Positions 14,419 through 36,928 of a DNA stretch of 64,000 nt are shown piece after piece. The notes beneath the pieces are model-generated. The model was given only the letters and a program-made list of their open reading frames with translations, did not search any database and was not told the origin of the DNA. The position numbers were made by a program, and so were the translations under genes. Origin of the DNA: Blastocystis sp. Blastoise (taxonomy: Eukaryota > Protista > Bigyra: Opalinata); contig JBBPEB010000013.1 in assembly GCA_039096225.1 (NCBI GenBank), positions 1,054,001-1,118,000 on the forward strand. Reading direction: 5' to 3'. The number at the start of each line of letters is the position of its first letter. Position 1 is the stretch's first letter.

Positions 14419-17390
14419 ATGAAAGAAACTATTGTTTTAATCTTTATTCTCTATACTGTCATTTCTTCTGGACAAAGGTTAGTGATGTCTTCGACTTCAT
14501 ATGCTGATAAGTTATATCCAAAAGACACAATTGAAGCTAATAAGTTATTAGACAGTCTTTTAAGAGCAGATTTTGTATATATATAAATCAGTGGCTATTA
14601 TTCACAATTTATTTGTTTTACTGATTCTTTATTTTATATAGTTAAATCATATTACTCCTGTGGATGATGCTGCAGGTATTTTCGTTCCATATGGAAGAAT
14701 TGGAACTGTAGGAATGGTATGTTTTTCTTCATTGTTTCTTTTTTTTTAAAGAATGAAACGAAATAATACATAATTGATTGTTAATATACTGTTTATACAT
14801 ATATAGAGAATTGTAGAAACATTCAAATATATTAGTGATTTAGATAATAGGAAGACAGTAATTATCATTGCTTCCAGTTACAATTCTTCTTTTGATGGTA
14901 TTTCTGTAGCTCAATATAATTCTTATACTACAGTTATCAGAACAGTTCAATACGATGTATCTATATATATATATATATATTATTTGTGTATCTAATTCTA
15001 TTTATATCTATAGTATTCTTTAGCTGAACAACTTGTTTATTTACATCCAGATATTTACTCCTATGTATATATTTATATATTTATATATTTATATATTTAT
15101 ATATTTATATATTTATATATTTATATGTTTATATATTTATATATTTATATGTTTATATATTTATATATTTATATATTTATATGTTTATATATTTATATAA
15201 TATTTATATTTATATATTTATATATATATATTACTGTTATGTTTATTGAGCATATATATACATATATATATAGAGTCATGAAGCTCACTCGAAGAATATC
15301 GCTATAGAAACAATTCTTCTTCTTATTTCTAAATTCTACCCTAATATGAGTGTGATGACAGTAGTAGTAGGAACAAAAGATATATATAAACATGAATTAT
15401 TATTACAAGATCTTGATTTTATTACGAATATCAATGATCGTATATATAAAATTTTCCTTCTTCTGATATTTATATATTTGATACTCTATATATTATATTA
15501 TGTTTATTTATATATAGATTTTTTGATATTTCCTATGCTTCTCTCTCAGGCCAACTCGAAGAATACAGTAGTTGATGCAGATACTGTATATATATAATAT
15601 ATATTATATATTATATATTATATATTATATATAGGATTTAAATGAGTTTATTGCAAAGAATGATATTACTTCTTTTCGCTCCAATTGGATTCGCGGGAAG
15701 TTCCCCAACGTTCGTGATCTTTCCGTTATACATATATGCATGCTTTACTGTCGTTATTATGATTTCAGTCTCTCCTTAAGTACCTATGATTGTGCAAGTA
15801 TATTATTATTATATATACTTATTATTATATATACTGTTATATATAATATTATGTATACTATTATTATATAATAATTATTATATATACTATTATTATTAGT
15901 ACTCTTTTTAAATATACTATACTACACTATACTGTTTTCTTCATACATCTTTATATATTCTTTATATATTATACTATGAGTATTGATATACTATAATATC
16001 TAGCACCTGCGAAAGGAAGCAAATACTATTTTGGTTATCTCTCAGGTAAGTCTTATTCTCTTATATATATATATATTCTTTTTAGGGATATATCTCAAAG
16101 CAAAAATACTCTTCGACCTAGATTCCAGTATATATATAAAGGTTATATATATATATATATATATATATATAACCTTTATATATATAGAAACGATTCCTAT
16201 AGAAACAAAAACATTCCTGTTGACTCTCGCTCTCGAAACACTGAAATCAAAGTATTCTATTAATTATTATTATATATATAGTTATACTATATTGTTTATT
16301 CTTACAAGAAATCTTTGGTTTTTATTATTTAAATATATATATATATATTTTTGCTTTCCCTCTATATAGTTTGGCGGGAAGTACTTCGGCTCCTTCACTT
16401 AGTAATATGATGTCAAAGATTCGATTCTATAAGGAAGTTAAAATACAAAATTATGCATGTGTCACTTTTGTACTAGATAGGTATATATATATTATTATGA
16501 TTAGTTATATATACATTCTTTATTACTATATTATATTTATTAACAGCAATTCTTTATTTCATCCTTTATATTATTATATAATTCATTAGTTATTACATAT
16601 ATATATATATATAGTAGCATAATGCACCGATGTAATTTTGGTGAGAATCATTTGTCCGATTTATTTGCTACTGTTTATGATCTCTCTCTCTTTATTACTA
16701 AAAACATGTGTAGGGAATATACTATTGTTGACTTCGCTAGATTCCATGTATTTATCACCATCTACTCCTGTATATATATATATATATATTATAGTACTAT
16801 ATGATTACTATACTATTATTATAATAAGTAATAAGAATACTATATATATATACATATAGCTCTTGTTCCTCCTTATCAGCGTCCCTCTGTCTTCTTTACC
16901 ACTGACCCCGAAACACAAACAAAAGTGTTAACGGTTAATAACAGCCTTCATCGAACACTATTATCGTTTGATCCTGGTGTATATATATATATATTCATAT
17001 AGATTTGATTTGATTTTAATTTATTATATATATATATAATATTTTATTTGAATCCATAATATATATATTTGATTTTAATAAATTTATACTATATTTGATT
17101 TTAATAAATTTATAACATATGATTTCCTATAAATCTATACTATATATAAATGTATATTTTTAATAACTCTATACTATATATAGAGTTATTCTCACGCCTG
17201 TTTAATGAGTTCCGTGTATCAGTCCAAACAGTTATTTGAAGAGATCGATCCCGACCATCGCAGTAAGCAGAGTGCTATAGAGGCTCTTCAAAGACTCTGC
17301 ATTCGTAATAAACTAGATCCTGAGTGCTGGAGTAATAATCAAATAGTATTCTTTATGGCCAGTTGTGATTCTCTCGGAGCCAGTATTTAA
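14419..17390 (+). CDS. Signal-peptide MEMO1-AMMECR1 (AmmeMemoRadiSam B/A-type) fusion protein, divergent; 13 GT-AG introns
   Basis: Splicing gives [18 protein letters not shown] (signal-like), then MEMO-like segments ([53 protein letters not shown]), then AMMECR1-like segments ([45 protein letters not shown]). Confidence 0.75.
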
Positions 17391-18645
17391 TAGAATTATA
17401 TTCTATTTTATTTCGGTATTCCTTCGCTGTCTAATATATATAATATATATAATAGCACATTGTAGAATCATATAATATAATAAATAGGATTGTAAATATA
17501 TCGTTTTATATTACATCTTTTACTTTTTTTCATTTTGTTTCTTTATATAATAGCCTCATTTATTTAATTTTTATTTCCTCATCTTTATTTTATATATTAT
17601 ATTATGTATTTTTTATATAACATATATTCTTTCTATATATATATATATTTTAAAATATTCTGTTTATTATTATTTCTTAAGAATCACAAATTTGTATTAT
17701 ATACTCAATATATTACATATATATATGCTATAATACGAATCTATTCATCTTTTTATAATTAGAATATGTTATATAATTTGCCTATCTTTAGCTTGATATT
17801 GATATGAAATCATTATTTTTATTTATAAACTTATTTTTATTATTTTGTTTGAAATGTTAGTGTTTTGTTATTATTTATAGGTTTTATTATGGGTATATAC
17901 GTATAGAAGAAAGACAATACAATAAAGTCATTGAAAACGAAATACTAGATTATCTTCCAATTGTTTTATCGGAAAACTCTATTGAATTATTATTGATCCG
18001 AATATTATTATCGAGAATAAATAGCAATAATAGTTATTTTTTGCTTTTTAATATATCAAATGAAAACGTATGATATTATAGAAACATGAACAACCATTAC
18101 AACAATATTCTTGTGATAATTGTTAAATAAACACTGTAGCTATCGTTAAAATAATATCATGTTTTATTTAAAATAAATGCATATATATTTCTACATAATT
18201 ATGAGTACTTTTTTACAACATATAACTAATTATCACTCACTAATCAATAACATGTTATATCAGAATTCAAATATTTCCCTGAGTTTTATATAGCTTTCAA
18301 AGTATTATTCCATTTTTCATTACGTGCTATAATAGTGGATACACAAATTGACATTTCAAATCTACATTGATTTGTTCTTCCTATTATTAATAGAATACTC
18401 ACATAAGCAATTCATATATCCATAATTACAAAACTATTTTTTAAATAAATACTTATCAAATATTCATCAAATATTATACTATATTAAAGTAAATAAAGAA
18501 TAAATATTTTCTTTTTTGTCATTAAAAATGATAAATGGAGAAACGGCATTTTTGTGTTTGTCTTCAGATGATTTTCTCTTTTATTTCTTTTCTTCCTCTA
18601 AAGGGTATTGTATATCTTTTAATTTATCTTTTTGAGTTGTGAATT

Positions 18646-20460
18646 ATGAGTAAGAAGTCTGAACAACAAGAAAGAGTTCCCTTTTACAAGAGAGCACTCT
18701 CTTCTGCAGGAAGTGCATTATTTACAAAATCAATTGTGAACCCATTTGATGTTGTCAAAACATATATTCAAGCAGAATATACAATTCCTTGTAGAAGAGC
18801 CGTTATTGACACTAGAGCTGCTGAAATGAGTGACATTCCAAAATTTTTTAGGAGAACATTTGCAGCTACAAGTCTTATATGGAGAGATGGAGGTATAAAA
18901 AGTATGTGGAGTGGTTTGACTCCTGCTTTGTTAATTGCAGTTCCAAATTCAATTATTTATTATTCTTCTTACGATGAATTCAAGGCTAGACTCCAACCTT
19001 ATGTAGGAAACTCTAAAATAGCACACTTCTTATTACCTGCTTTTTGTGGTGCTATGTCAAGAGGTTTGGCTGTTGTTGTTGTAGAACCTTTAGAATTCGT
19101 CAAAACACAAGTACAAGCAAAGTATATAAAGAATACTATTATATATATAGTATTTTTTTTTAGAATGGTTTATAATTTATTTGGTTTATATATTTATTAT
19201 TTATATATTTGATCTTTATTAATTTTTGTAATCAATAAATAGTTGAATAGTGTTTATGTATATTATTCTATTTATTATCTATACTTGTTCTTGATAGTTC
19301 CATTTCATTTTTTATATTTAGACATTTTTTATATTTAGACACTTTATATATATATATATATATAGACTTCCTGGCGGGTTGAAAGGTTCTATTATTCGAG
19401 TTGGAAAAGAAGCAGGTATTCATGGCGTTCAGTATTTATGGAAAGGTGTATATACAAATCTATTAAGAGATCTCTCTTTTGCAGGGCTACACTGGATGAT
19501 CTATATATATTATTATTATATTAATTATTATATTATATTTATTATTATTATTATTATTATATTATTATTATATTAATTATTATATTAATTATTATATTAT
19601 TTATTATTATATTATTATTATTATTATTATATTAATTATTATATTATTTATTATATTATATTATATTATATTATATTATATTATATACTATTATATACTA
19701 TTATATTATATTATATTATATTATATTATATTATATTATATTATATTATATTATATTATATTATATTATATTATATTATATTATATTATATTATATTATA
19801 TTATATTATTATTGTATTATTATTATATTGTTGTCTATTATTATATATTCGTTAATTATATACTTTATTTTTATAATTTCTCTAAAATAGTATTTTTTCA
19901 TAGTTTTAATAACTATCTCTTCCTCTTTCTATTCGTTCTTTATGTCTCATCATGATTTTATGCTATTTTCATCTTTCTCTGTGTCTCTTACTTTTTTTTT
20001 ATTATAGCTTAGAACAATGTAAGTCTAGTATAAAACCACTAAAAATTCCTCGACAACTGAAGAGCTTCTTATGCGGATTTACCGCGGGAGGTTTAGCGGC
20101 ATTCCTTGTCAATCCTTTTGATGTTGTGAAAACACAACAACAAGTTCGTTCTGGTAAGGCTCTTCCTTCTTTTGGTATAATGGGATCTATTTATAAACTA
20201 TATATATATATATCAATCATCAATATTATTATGTTTATAAATATTTATTTATATATTTTCATTATTCTATATTCCTTATTCTTATTACTGATAATCTATT
20301 AAAATGATCATCTTTCTTACTCTAGCAAGAAGGTTTTAAGGGTTTGATGAAAGGCGTAGGACCACGTGTATCTAAGTCAGCTTGTGCATGTGCATTAATG
20401 ATTATGTTCTATGATGTTGGCAAAGAAATTATGATGAGAAAACAAAAGACAATTATTTAA
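18646..20460 (+). CDS. Mitochondrial carrier, SLC25A39/40 (Mtm1)-like; 3 introns
   Basis: Three signature motifs (NPFDVVKT, EPLEFVKT, NPFDVVKT), plus MWSGLTPALLIAVPNSIIYY, LLRDLSFAGLHW and KGVGPRV. Confidence 0.9.
19500..19830 (+). repeat. Intronic (TAT)n/(TATAT)n microsatellite
   Basis: Long run of ttata pentamer and tat trimer units. Confidence 0.9.
19501..20007 (+). other. Non-canonical CT-AG intron
   Basis: tgg atg at|ctatatatat...ttatag|c tta gaa restores HWMILEQ (family pattern YWxxYE). Upstream GT alternatives give stops or delete helix 4. Confidence 0.7.
20198..20325 (+). other. Non-canonical CT-AG intron
   Basis: att tat aaa|ctatatatat...tctag|caa gaa ggt restores IYKQEGFKGLMKG. 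Nearby GT sites are phase 1 and lead to a stop. Confidence 0.7.
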
Positions 20461-20721
20461 TTCGTTTCATTTCTTATTTATTATTATTAGTTGTATTGGC
20501 TATTTATTTCTTTTTAAGTTTATTTGTATTTGTTTGAGATCTTTTATATATATATATATATGTTTTTGTTTCTTCATGATATAAAACTGATTATAAGGGT
20601 ACCATATATTCATAATTGAAAATAATATAAAAACATGCATTTCAATAGGAATAAGACAACAACTATATTAAAAAAGAATATTAAAAGACTTTTGAAGTCA
20701 TGTTCAAATGTTATATATTAT

Positions 20722-21896
<1,175 letters not shown>

Positions 21897-22119
21897 ATTT
21901 CTGAAGAACAGCTCAAAATAGAATTAATGACTTTATGCTTTTACCACGACTATTCATATTTCTTTGAAATGACTATTCTTTTTTTAGGAGAAAACACATT
22001 TCACACTGAGAAACATACGATTTCCAGGGGGAATAATGAAGAGATAATTTTTTAATAATTTTCTTTTCGTTTTTAATTAAGTTTTTCTATATATATACTT
22101 TTATACAGCTCTATTAAGA

Positions 22120-29542
<7,423 letters not shown>

Positions 29543-30835
29543 TCATCTATATATATACATATATATACATATATTTTTTTCTATACTTTCATTTTTTTTT
29601 TAAATTAAAAAAAATTGTTATAAATATTTATGTTAATATTTTTTTTTCGTTATTTTTTTCTATTAAGATGTAAATAAAATATATATTTTAAAGATTATTG
29701 AATTATTTCCACCTGAAAATCTGCAATTACTTTACTTTGTTTAGTTTACAATTTATTATTGGTATATCGTTTTTAACATGAAGAATCGTAGTAGCTGAAT
29801 TCATAAAGAATATGGTGTACAATTATTTATTTTGATAAGAGCAAATTAATTTCAAACTTTTCTGAGATATTATAAGTAAAAATGAGAAGAGTGAAAAGTC
29901 TATGTATTAGTAAATTAAGTTTGCAGTTATTAAAACTCTTTTATCGTATAAAAGCTCATTGAAACGCTTTCATGCAAAATGGCATAGGACTGACAACTAT
30001 TAAAAGGCCATTTTATTGGTCTATCTTTGAATGTGTTCCCCTATCAAATGTAGTATACTAACAAAAAGGGAAAAAATATCCAATTATTTGTGTTGATAGT
30101 TTCTACGTTTCTTCTTTCTTATAATAAACTGAATAAATGATGAATAAATGACATTATTTAATTATAGATAGATATGTGATTGCTTAAAGAAGAGAAGAAG
30201 AGCTATTTATCTTTGAAAGAAAAAGAATTATGTGATTGACTAGTATCGTTTATTTATACAGTTTGATTATCTTGAAGAATTTAACAAATTGTATATAATC
30301 ATAACAAAATGAACTCTGATCAAATAATGATAACAACATGTAAATCGTAGAAATCTACGTGGTCTGTTGTTCTAAATGACGTATCAACATAAATAGATAA
30401 TTATAAAATTGATATGAATAGTTATAACAAATAAATAATTCGAATAACTAGGATCTAGTTGTTGATCTTCTACAGAATTGGCCAGAGAATATTTCGTGAT
30501 AACTTATTCAAAGAAATTATATAAGGGGTATGAAATAATTAGAGAAAATAGAATTAAAAATATCATTTCAAAGGACTCTAGAAGAAAAATACCTAATAAA
30601 TCTACTGTATATAAAAAAATATTTCTGTTCATAAGAAACCCCATCGTTTTTATCGATATCTTCGATGAAAACGATTAACTCCCGCGATTTACCGTCTATA
30701 GCGAAGACAGAAAAATATGACTGGTATAAGAAAAAAAGGAAACTTTTTTTATGTATTTGTTTTACAAAACTTTTTATTAAGTTGGTATTGTATATTATAT
30801 AAAAGCTTGTATATTAGTTTCTTCGCTTTTATAAC

Positions 30836-31960
30836 ATGGACAAACAAACCCTAATGAATATTCCTTATCAAGAAGGAAATACAATGAACGATGATGGCTC
30901 AAGACCAGAATCCGCTCCACCTTCGGTTGAGTTTTTTCAAGAACCCCAACAAATGGATAACAAAATGTATTTTATGAACAACAATATGAATATGTATAAC
31001 AAACAAGTCCCTCCTATGAGAAGTCAATACTCTCCCATGGCTATGTATGAAGATCAAGAATATCCTATGAATGTAATTCCTGAATCTTTTGAAACTTACT
31101 CTTCTAGAGTATATATTCATAGAATCTGATTCATTAAACTTATTTTTTAAAATGCTTTTTTAGAATAAATTTCATTCACTATTCAATTATTCATTTTATT
31201 ATTATTTTTAGAGCCCATTACCTCCTCATACTATGTCTTCTATGTTACAAGGTGAACTAACAGATCCACGCATGAATAATATACCATTAGATTCTTCTTT
31301 AGTAGGCATGATGCAAGATAATGAACCTGATACTATTATCTCTCAACCTATTCGTATGAAGAACACACCTCAAAATGATCAATTTAATCTCAATTCTCAA
31401 TTTATGATCCCTCAAATGGCTAATATATTAGATGAAGAAATAAGAAATAGCTCTAAAAGTGCTCCTGCAGTTTATCGACAAGATTACCGCCATTATAATT
31501 TTGGAAATTATAGAAAACATTTTGAGTATGATTATTATTATGTTTATTATTATATATATATATAGTGCTGCCATGTATGATCCCATTATGGAACAAAGAA
31601 ATGGTATATATATATTATAATATATATATATATTATAGTATATATATATATTATAATATATATATATATATAGATACCATAATGGATCCATATTATAATT
31701 ATCCTGCTTATCCTCAAGGCAATTATAATTATCGTATATATATATTATTATTATTATTATAATTATTATCATTATATATATATATTATATATATTAATAG
31801 CTCCTGCTTATCCTCCTATGAAACCCCTTCCAAGTCACATGCCTCTTCGTCCTCGTCAGCCCGCCCTTCAGCCCGCCAACGCCATGTTCTCTCCCAAATC
31901 GTCCGCATCGCCGAATCCAATGCTTCAACCTACAGAAGTACCTACGTATATATATATATA

Positions 31961-32006
<46 letters not shown>

Positions 32007-33447
32007 GTATATAGAATGGATTCTCCTGTTATGATAAGAAGAGAAAAGTATATATATATATATAATACATATATATATCTTATTCTCATTGTATATAGGA
32101 AGTTAGCAGGTGCTTCTCCCTCATGGACTCACGGAGGTACTGAATCCTACAAGGGACATATATATGAGATGTCTAAGGACCAACGAGGGTGCAGGTATAT
32201 ATATATATATACTATTTATATACTCTATATATATATTATATACTCTATATATAGATTATATACTCTATATATATAGATTATTGCAGCAATGTTTGGATGA
32301 AGGTGGCAGTGCAGTAGTCGAGATGATATATTGTGAAGTAGAATCACATTTAGTAGACCTCATGCACGATAGCTTTGGTAACTACTTATTTCAAAAACTA
32401 TTAGATAATAGCAGTGATGAACAAAGAAGACAAGTTTTAAATAAGGTATATAATAGTATTGTAGAAGCTTCTTTAGATGTACATGGTACAAGATCCGTAC
32501 AAAAAATTATTCAAACTTGTCGTCAACCGGATATGGTCGAGTTAATTATGAATAGTATTCATTCTTCTATCGATAAACTGTCTTCAAATTCTAACGGCAA
32601 TCACGTGATTCAACGCTGTCTTCAATATATGCCATCTGCTTCTAAAGCACAAATATTTGATGAAGTTATTAAGAATTGCTATTCTATCGCTACTCATCGT
32701 CATGGTTGCTGTGTGGTTCAGCGTTGTTTGGATCTCTCTCCTGCCGATTATCACGATAAGTTACTCGCACAAATCGTGGAACATGCTGTAGATCTCATGC
32801 AAAACCCCTTTGGCAACTATGTTGTTCAAGTATATATATTATATATAATATACATAATATATAATGTATATATATAATATATAATATATATAGTATTTAA
32901 TTGAAAATGGTCAACCTGTAGAAAGTCAACGTTTGATTCAATGTGTTCTCGGTCACGTGGTGCCGTTATCTTGTCAGAAATACAGTTCCAATGTGATTGA
33001 GAAGAGTCTAAAATATAGTACAGAAAAGTTGCGCGAACAAATTATTCGAGAAATCGCCTCTAGCAACCAACTGCGATCTCTTCTACATCAAGAAGTATAT
33101 ATATATATATATATATATATTGATTTATTTATTTTTATTATTTATATATATATATCTTATGATTCATTTTTATTATTTTTATATATGTATCTATTTATTA
33201 ATTTTTATTATTTATATATATATCTATTGATTTATTTTTATGATATATATCTATATAGTATGCTAATTATGTGATTCAGAAGGCCCTTCTTCTCGGTTCT
33301 AAGGCACAACGACTTCATTTATTAAAGGCCATAGCCCCTTATGAGGCCGATTTGACGCGTTCCACGGGGGGACGACATATTCTGGCGAAACTTCAAGATA
33401 TTCCCGAGTTAACGCTAGAAGTAGGGGATAATATGCTTCAAGAGTAA
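30836..33447 (+). CDS. Pumilio/PUF RNA-binding protein, Puf4/Puf5-type; 9 introns
   Basis: Eight PUF repeats (DQRGCRLLQ, DSFGNYLFQ, DVHGTRSVQ, NSNGNHVIQ, HRHGCCVVQ, NPFGNYVVQ, QKYSSNVIE, QEYANYVIQ) after an M/P/Q/N-rich disordered N-terminus. Confidence 0.95.
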
Positions 33448-33935
33448 TTTATAAAGAAAATATATTACTATATATATATAGTATTGTTATTATTATAAAT
33501 TCAATATATATGCTTCGATTTCATTCTTTCTCTTCTTTGAAATACTCTACTTTCTATATATTTTCTTATTATTCTATATATATTCTATACTTCATCACCT
33601 TCTTCTTCTATTACTATTACTATTTATATATTTGTCTGAACTATTTTCTTTCTTAGTTGTTTTTTATACCAATATATATTACTCTATATATATATATATC
33701 GTTATTATTATCATATGTAATTATGAATTATATATATATATGTATCTTTCATCTTCTTAAATTAAATTAACAATATTATAATCTTTTGTTTATTTATTTT
33801 TGCTGTTATATATTTATATTAAACTATAAAAAAAATTATTTTATTTTATTTTAGAGATTATATCTCTATTTTTTATTCTATACTCATTTTTTTAAAATAA
33901 TTAGGTAACTTTTCTTTTATATACTTTTATCTGCT

Positions 33936-33974
<39 letters not shown>

Positions 33975-34692
33975 TATATTCGTTTCCTATTGTATCTCTT
34001 TGATTTATTGTACTCTATATATATATATATCTTAATTTGTTCATTTTTTTATTGCATTATATATTAATATATAATCTCCTTTTTATTGTATTCATTATTC
34101 AATTTGTACTCTAACTGTTTTCTTTCTAGTTATTTCTTATCAATTTACATTAGTGTACTCTATATTTATATACTATAACTTTTATTAGATTGTTGTATAT
34201 ATATTATTTTATATGTAATAAAGCTATAATACACATTTATCATTTATATTTGGTTTAGTTGTTAATACTTTTCAAATTATAAAAAAATGTTTTTTATAAA
34301 TCATGATATGTAATATATATATATTATATTATTCGTATATATAATTAAAGAAAATTATAGGGTAGTTAGTTTAAGATTTGAATATATATAATAATGTGAT
34401 TGAAGAATAATAATATTTATAAATGTGTAATGAAGCAAATCATAAAAAGAAACAATAAATACCTATATGATTATCTATACATTTAAAAAAAATATTAAGC
34501 TATACAAGAATAAGGAAATAAAATATATATATAATATAAATTCTATATATATGTATAAAAGAAAAAAAAATAAAAATATACAAGAACGAACTAGGCTATT
34601 AATTGATAATATATATAATATAATATACAATAAATTGTAATAGAAATAATAAACAAATAAAATAGTAATTATTTATATATATATATATAAGA

Positions 34693-34837
34693 TTATAATA
34701 ATTTTGAAAGACATTTTTCTCCTTGTTCTTCCCATTCTTGTTTCGAGAGCCAAATATCGGCTTTGGCGGCAATCATATTGGCATATATACTAGCCCCACA
34801 AAATACAGAATGCTTTCGGAATGGAGGAGCCTATATA

Positions 34838-34884
<47 letters not shown>

Positions 34885-36761
34885 GTATATAATAACTCAA
34901 TTAGAATGAAAGAACACATATACTTGAGAAAAATATATATATATATATTTATACAAATAAAAAGTGATAAAAATAATAATAATAAATAAAGAGATAAATA
35001 TATAAAAAAAAAGAAAGAAAACAAATAAAGTTAAATAAGTGATAAAAAAAATAAAACTCTATACATTAACACTAATTTTCTTAACTTGTGAATTTGATTC
35101 TCCTTTTAATATTTTATTTGTATATAATTGTTTAATATCAGATTCTAGACGAGGAGCGAAACCAGGAAACATTGTAGTACCACCAGATAGAACAATATTC
35201 TTATATAACTAGATAGAAATAGATATATAATATAATATAATACTAATAATATATAATAAATATTTGCATATACTATAGAATATGAACAATATAATAATAT
35301 AATAATATAATAATATAATAATATATATATATAAATCCATTCTGATATCAACAGCAGCATCTTGAATACAGTCAAATACCATATCAGAAATACCTCCAGT
35401 TTCCATGCCAATTAAATGAGGTTGGAATAGTATTTCGGGGGCTTCGAAACGTTCATTATCGAGTTTAATCTCACGACCATCAGGTAACTATATATATATA
35501 TATAGTTAATATAATGAATTGAATAAAGAATAGCAAATAAAATATTTAATATATAAAAAAATATATATATAATTGTAACTATATAAAAAAGAGAGTATAT
35601 ATTATAAGAATCTATACAATAATGAAAATAAACATATAATAAATATAATAATAATAATAATAATATACAGTATATTTTTCAACTAAACAAGTTGTTTCAT
35701 TTAATAATTTTGTTTCTTGTTTGAAATTACTAGCAATATAACAATATTTTTCTTTCATTTCTCGAACCATTTCAAAATCACTGCTACTATTTAATGCATA
35801 ACCTTTAGATTGTAATAAATCTAAGAAATGACGTGTAATATGTCGACCTGCTATATTTAATCTTCTTGTAAGATTACTAGGTAAATATCCATCATACACA
35901 CCAATACAATGAGTTACACCATCACCGGAATCTACAACCATACCCGTTGTACGAGCTATATATATATATATAATGATATACATAATGATATATAATGATG
36001 ATATAGATTTTTTGATATATTAAATAATATATTTAAATATATAAATAAATGAAATAAATAGAATATTATATATAATACATATAATTAAATATATAAATGA
36101 AATAAATATGAAAATATATTAAAAAAAAAATAAATAAATAATAAATAACTAATAAAAAACATAAATACCAGCTGAATATAATGTTAAAATAGCTTGTGTT
36201 TTGCATTGAACACCAGCAAAATCAAATTTCTCAAAGAGAGTTTCGACCATTCGCTTACGATTCTCTTTAGGATTCAAAGGAGCTTCAGTTAACATGATTC
36301 TCATATCTTTCGTTTCAAGTTTTCCAGAATCATCTATATTTAAGCCTAATTTATTATGAAATGTGTATCTCCATAACTGTTCCATATCATTCCATTTTAA
36401 AATAATACCATTATCTACAGGATAAGAAACATCAAGATGTTTCATTGCAGGAATACATTCATCACCAATCATCAAGGGCTGTAAAAACATATTCAAATGA
36501 TATATATTAAGTTAAGACATTGAAAAATATAAAATATAACAGTTAATTTTAAAAAATATATACTTTTAATTTTATATCACCAATAGATTCATCTTCTGCA
36601 CGAATCAAAGGTTTACCAAGAATAGAAGGAAATGTGGCAGTAGGGTAATTATCACCAGCGAATCCAGCTTTGACCATCTATATAAATGATACAAAACATA
36701 ACAATAATATACATACACCAGTACCATTATCACAAACTACAATACGACTGTTGTACTGCAT
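34693..36761 (-). CDS. ARP2: Actin-related protein 2; 6 introns
   Basis: VVCDNGTG|[59 protein letters not shown] and [13 protein letters not shown]. Confidence 0.9.
35209..35334 (-). other. Non-canonical TT-AG intron in ARP2
   Basis: aga atg gat|ttatatatat...tctag|tta tat aag restores [16 protein letters not shown] (actin-family VDIRKDLYANxVLSGG). The unspliced frame hits TAG. Confidence 0.75.
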
Positions 36762-36928
36762 TCTTTATGTAGATATATATATCGAAAAAGATTTGTTTCC
36801 TAACACAAGTTATGATATTTAGATATTTCATAATTATTTCTTGTTGATTTAGCCATTTTTGGGAGCCAGTCGTGTTTATAAATTATTCATTTTCTTCGTT
36901 CATTTTTCTTTTTATTGGTATTTTGAAA

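Noticed and set aside
18646-20460. Carrier, ARP2 or LACS as pseudogenes because of broken splice donors
   Set aside because: The exons are intact and conserved with no frameshifts, so non-canonical splicing or a base error is more parsimonious.
30478-30678. 66-aa ORF upstream of the PUF gene
   Set aside because: It has a non-ATG start and no homology cues, and is probably promoter or 5' region.
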